64,000 bases of DNA from Escherichia coli. Its GTDB lineage: Bacteria > Pseudomonadota > Gammaproteobacteria > Enterobacterales > Enterobacteriaceae. The DNA lies in assembly GCF_044324785.1 (NCBI RefSeq), contig NZ_CP172127.1, one strand, 5' to 3'. The position numbers and the translations under genes were made by a program. Each line of letters starts with the position of its first letter. Positions within the stretch are counted from its first letter, which is position 1. Shown piece after piece: positions 63,327 through 64,000 of the stretch. The notes under the pieces were generated by a model, which made no database searches, was not told the origin of the DNA, and saw only the letters and a program-made list of their open reading frames with translations.

Positions 63327-64000
63327 CTAGCTGTAAAAGCTCTGCGCCAGCGAACCGACCAGCAATTGCCAGCCATCCACCAGTACAAACAGCATCAGTT
63401 TAAAGGGCAGAGCAATGGTGGCTGGGGGAACCATCATCATCCCCAATGCCATCAACACGCTGGCAATCACCAGGTCGATAATCAAAAACGGAATGAAGAT
63501 CGTGAAGCCTATCTGAAATGCGGTTTTCAACTCGCTGGTCACGTAGGCTGGGAGCAAAATGCGCATCGGCACGGCTTCAGGTCCCTGCAACGGGCCGGTA
63601 TTCGCTAGTCTGGCAAACAACCCTAAATCCGCCTCACGGGTCTGACGCAGCATAAACTCACGTAGCGGCTGCGCCCCTTTTTCCAGCGCCTCCTGCATTG
63701 AGATTTTCTCTTCGCTGAATGGCTGGTACGCATCGACATAAATTTTGTCGATCACCGGTGACATAATAAAAAAGGTCAAAAACAGTGCCAGCCCCAGCAA
63801 TACCTGGTTAGGTGGCGCGGAGGGCGTTCCCAGCGCGTTACGCAATAAACCAAAAACAATGATGATGCGGGTGAAACTGGTCATCATCAGTAAAATTGCC
63901 GGAATAAACGTCAACGAGGTGATGAACACCAGCGTCTGCACCGGGAGCGACCAGCTTTGTCCACCGCCAGGCAGCGGCTGGCTGGTGATACCCGGCAGTT
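63327..64000 (-). CDS. fliP: flagellar export apparatus protein FliP (5' end cut by window edge)
   Basis: ORF continues upstream of first in-window Met; last in-window codons encode the FliP signal region. Confidence 0.85.
   Translation of the reverse strand, partial: LPGITSQPLPGGGQSWSLPVQTLVFITSLTFIPAILLMMTSFTRIIIVFGLLRNALGTPSAPPNQVLLGLALFLTFFIMSPVIDKIYVDAYQPFSEEKISMQEALEKGAQPLREFMLRQTREADLGLFARLANTGPLQGPEAVPMRILLPAYVTSELKTAFQIGFTIFIPFLIIDLVIASVLMALGMMMVPPATIALPFKLMLFVLVDGWQLLVGSLAQSFYS

Overview
The window has two parts. Positions 1 to about 43,300 are the right-hand ~43 kb of a mosaic prophage; its integrase end lies beyond the window start. Positions ~43,300 to 64,000 are a recognisable E. 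coli chromosomal segment running zinT, msrQP, hiuH, hprRS, hchA, an intact yedS-like porin, yedR, yedJ, dcm/vsr, yedA, yedI, yodC, dgcQ, yedP, the sRNA dsrA, yodD, dsrB, rcsA, fliR, fliQ and a truncated fliP. The prophage has lambdoid control, replication, late-regulation, lysis and head modules, joined to a P2-like contractile tail module in P2 gene order. An IS2 copy with a 5-bp target duplication interrupts the holin-like gene, so the prophage is probably lysis-defective. The best candidate for an undescribed system is an AT-rich accessory island at about 7.3-13.9 kb, between the antirepressor and the nin/Q-like genes. It is marked by an ~77-bp direct repeat pair and carries an ImmA/IrrE-type metallopeptidase coupled to a small membrane protein, a T5orf172-domain protein with two small unknown partners, a DUF1311 lipoprotein and further unknown ORFs. 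A second cargo locus at the far end of the tail module encodes a side-tail-fibre-like N-terminus fused to a glycoside-hydrolase-like domain, plus a lipoprotein, just before a tRNA-Ser 3' fragment that looks like the attachment site. All calls come from reading the sequence and ORF translations, with no database searches run; coordinates placed by hand (repeats, hairpins, IS ends, sRNA) may be off by 1-2 nt.
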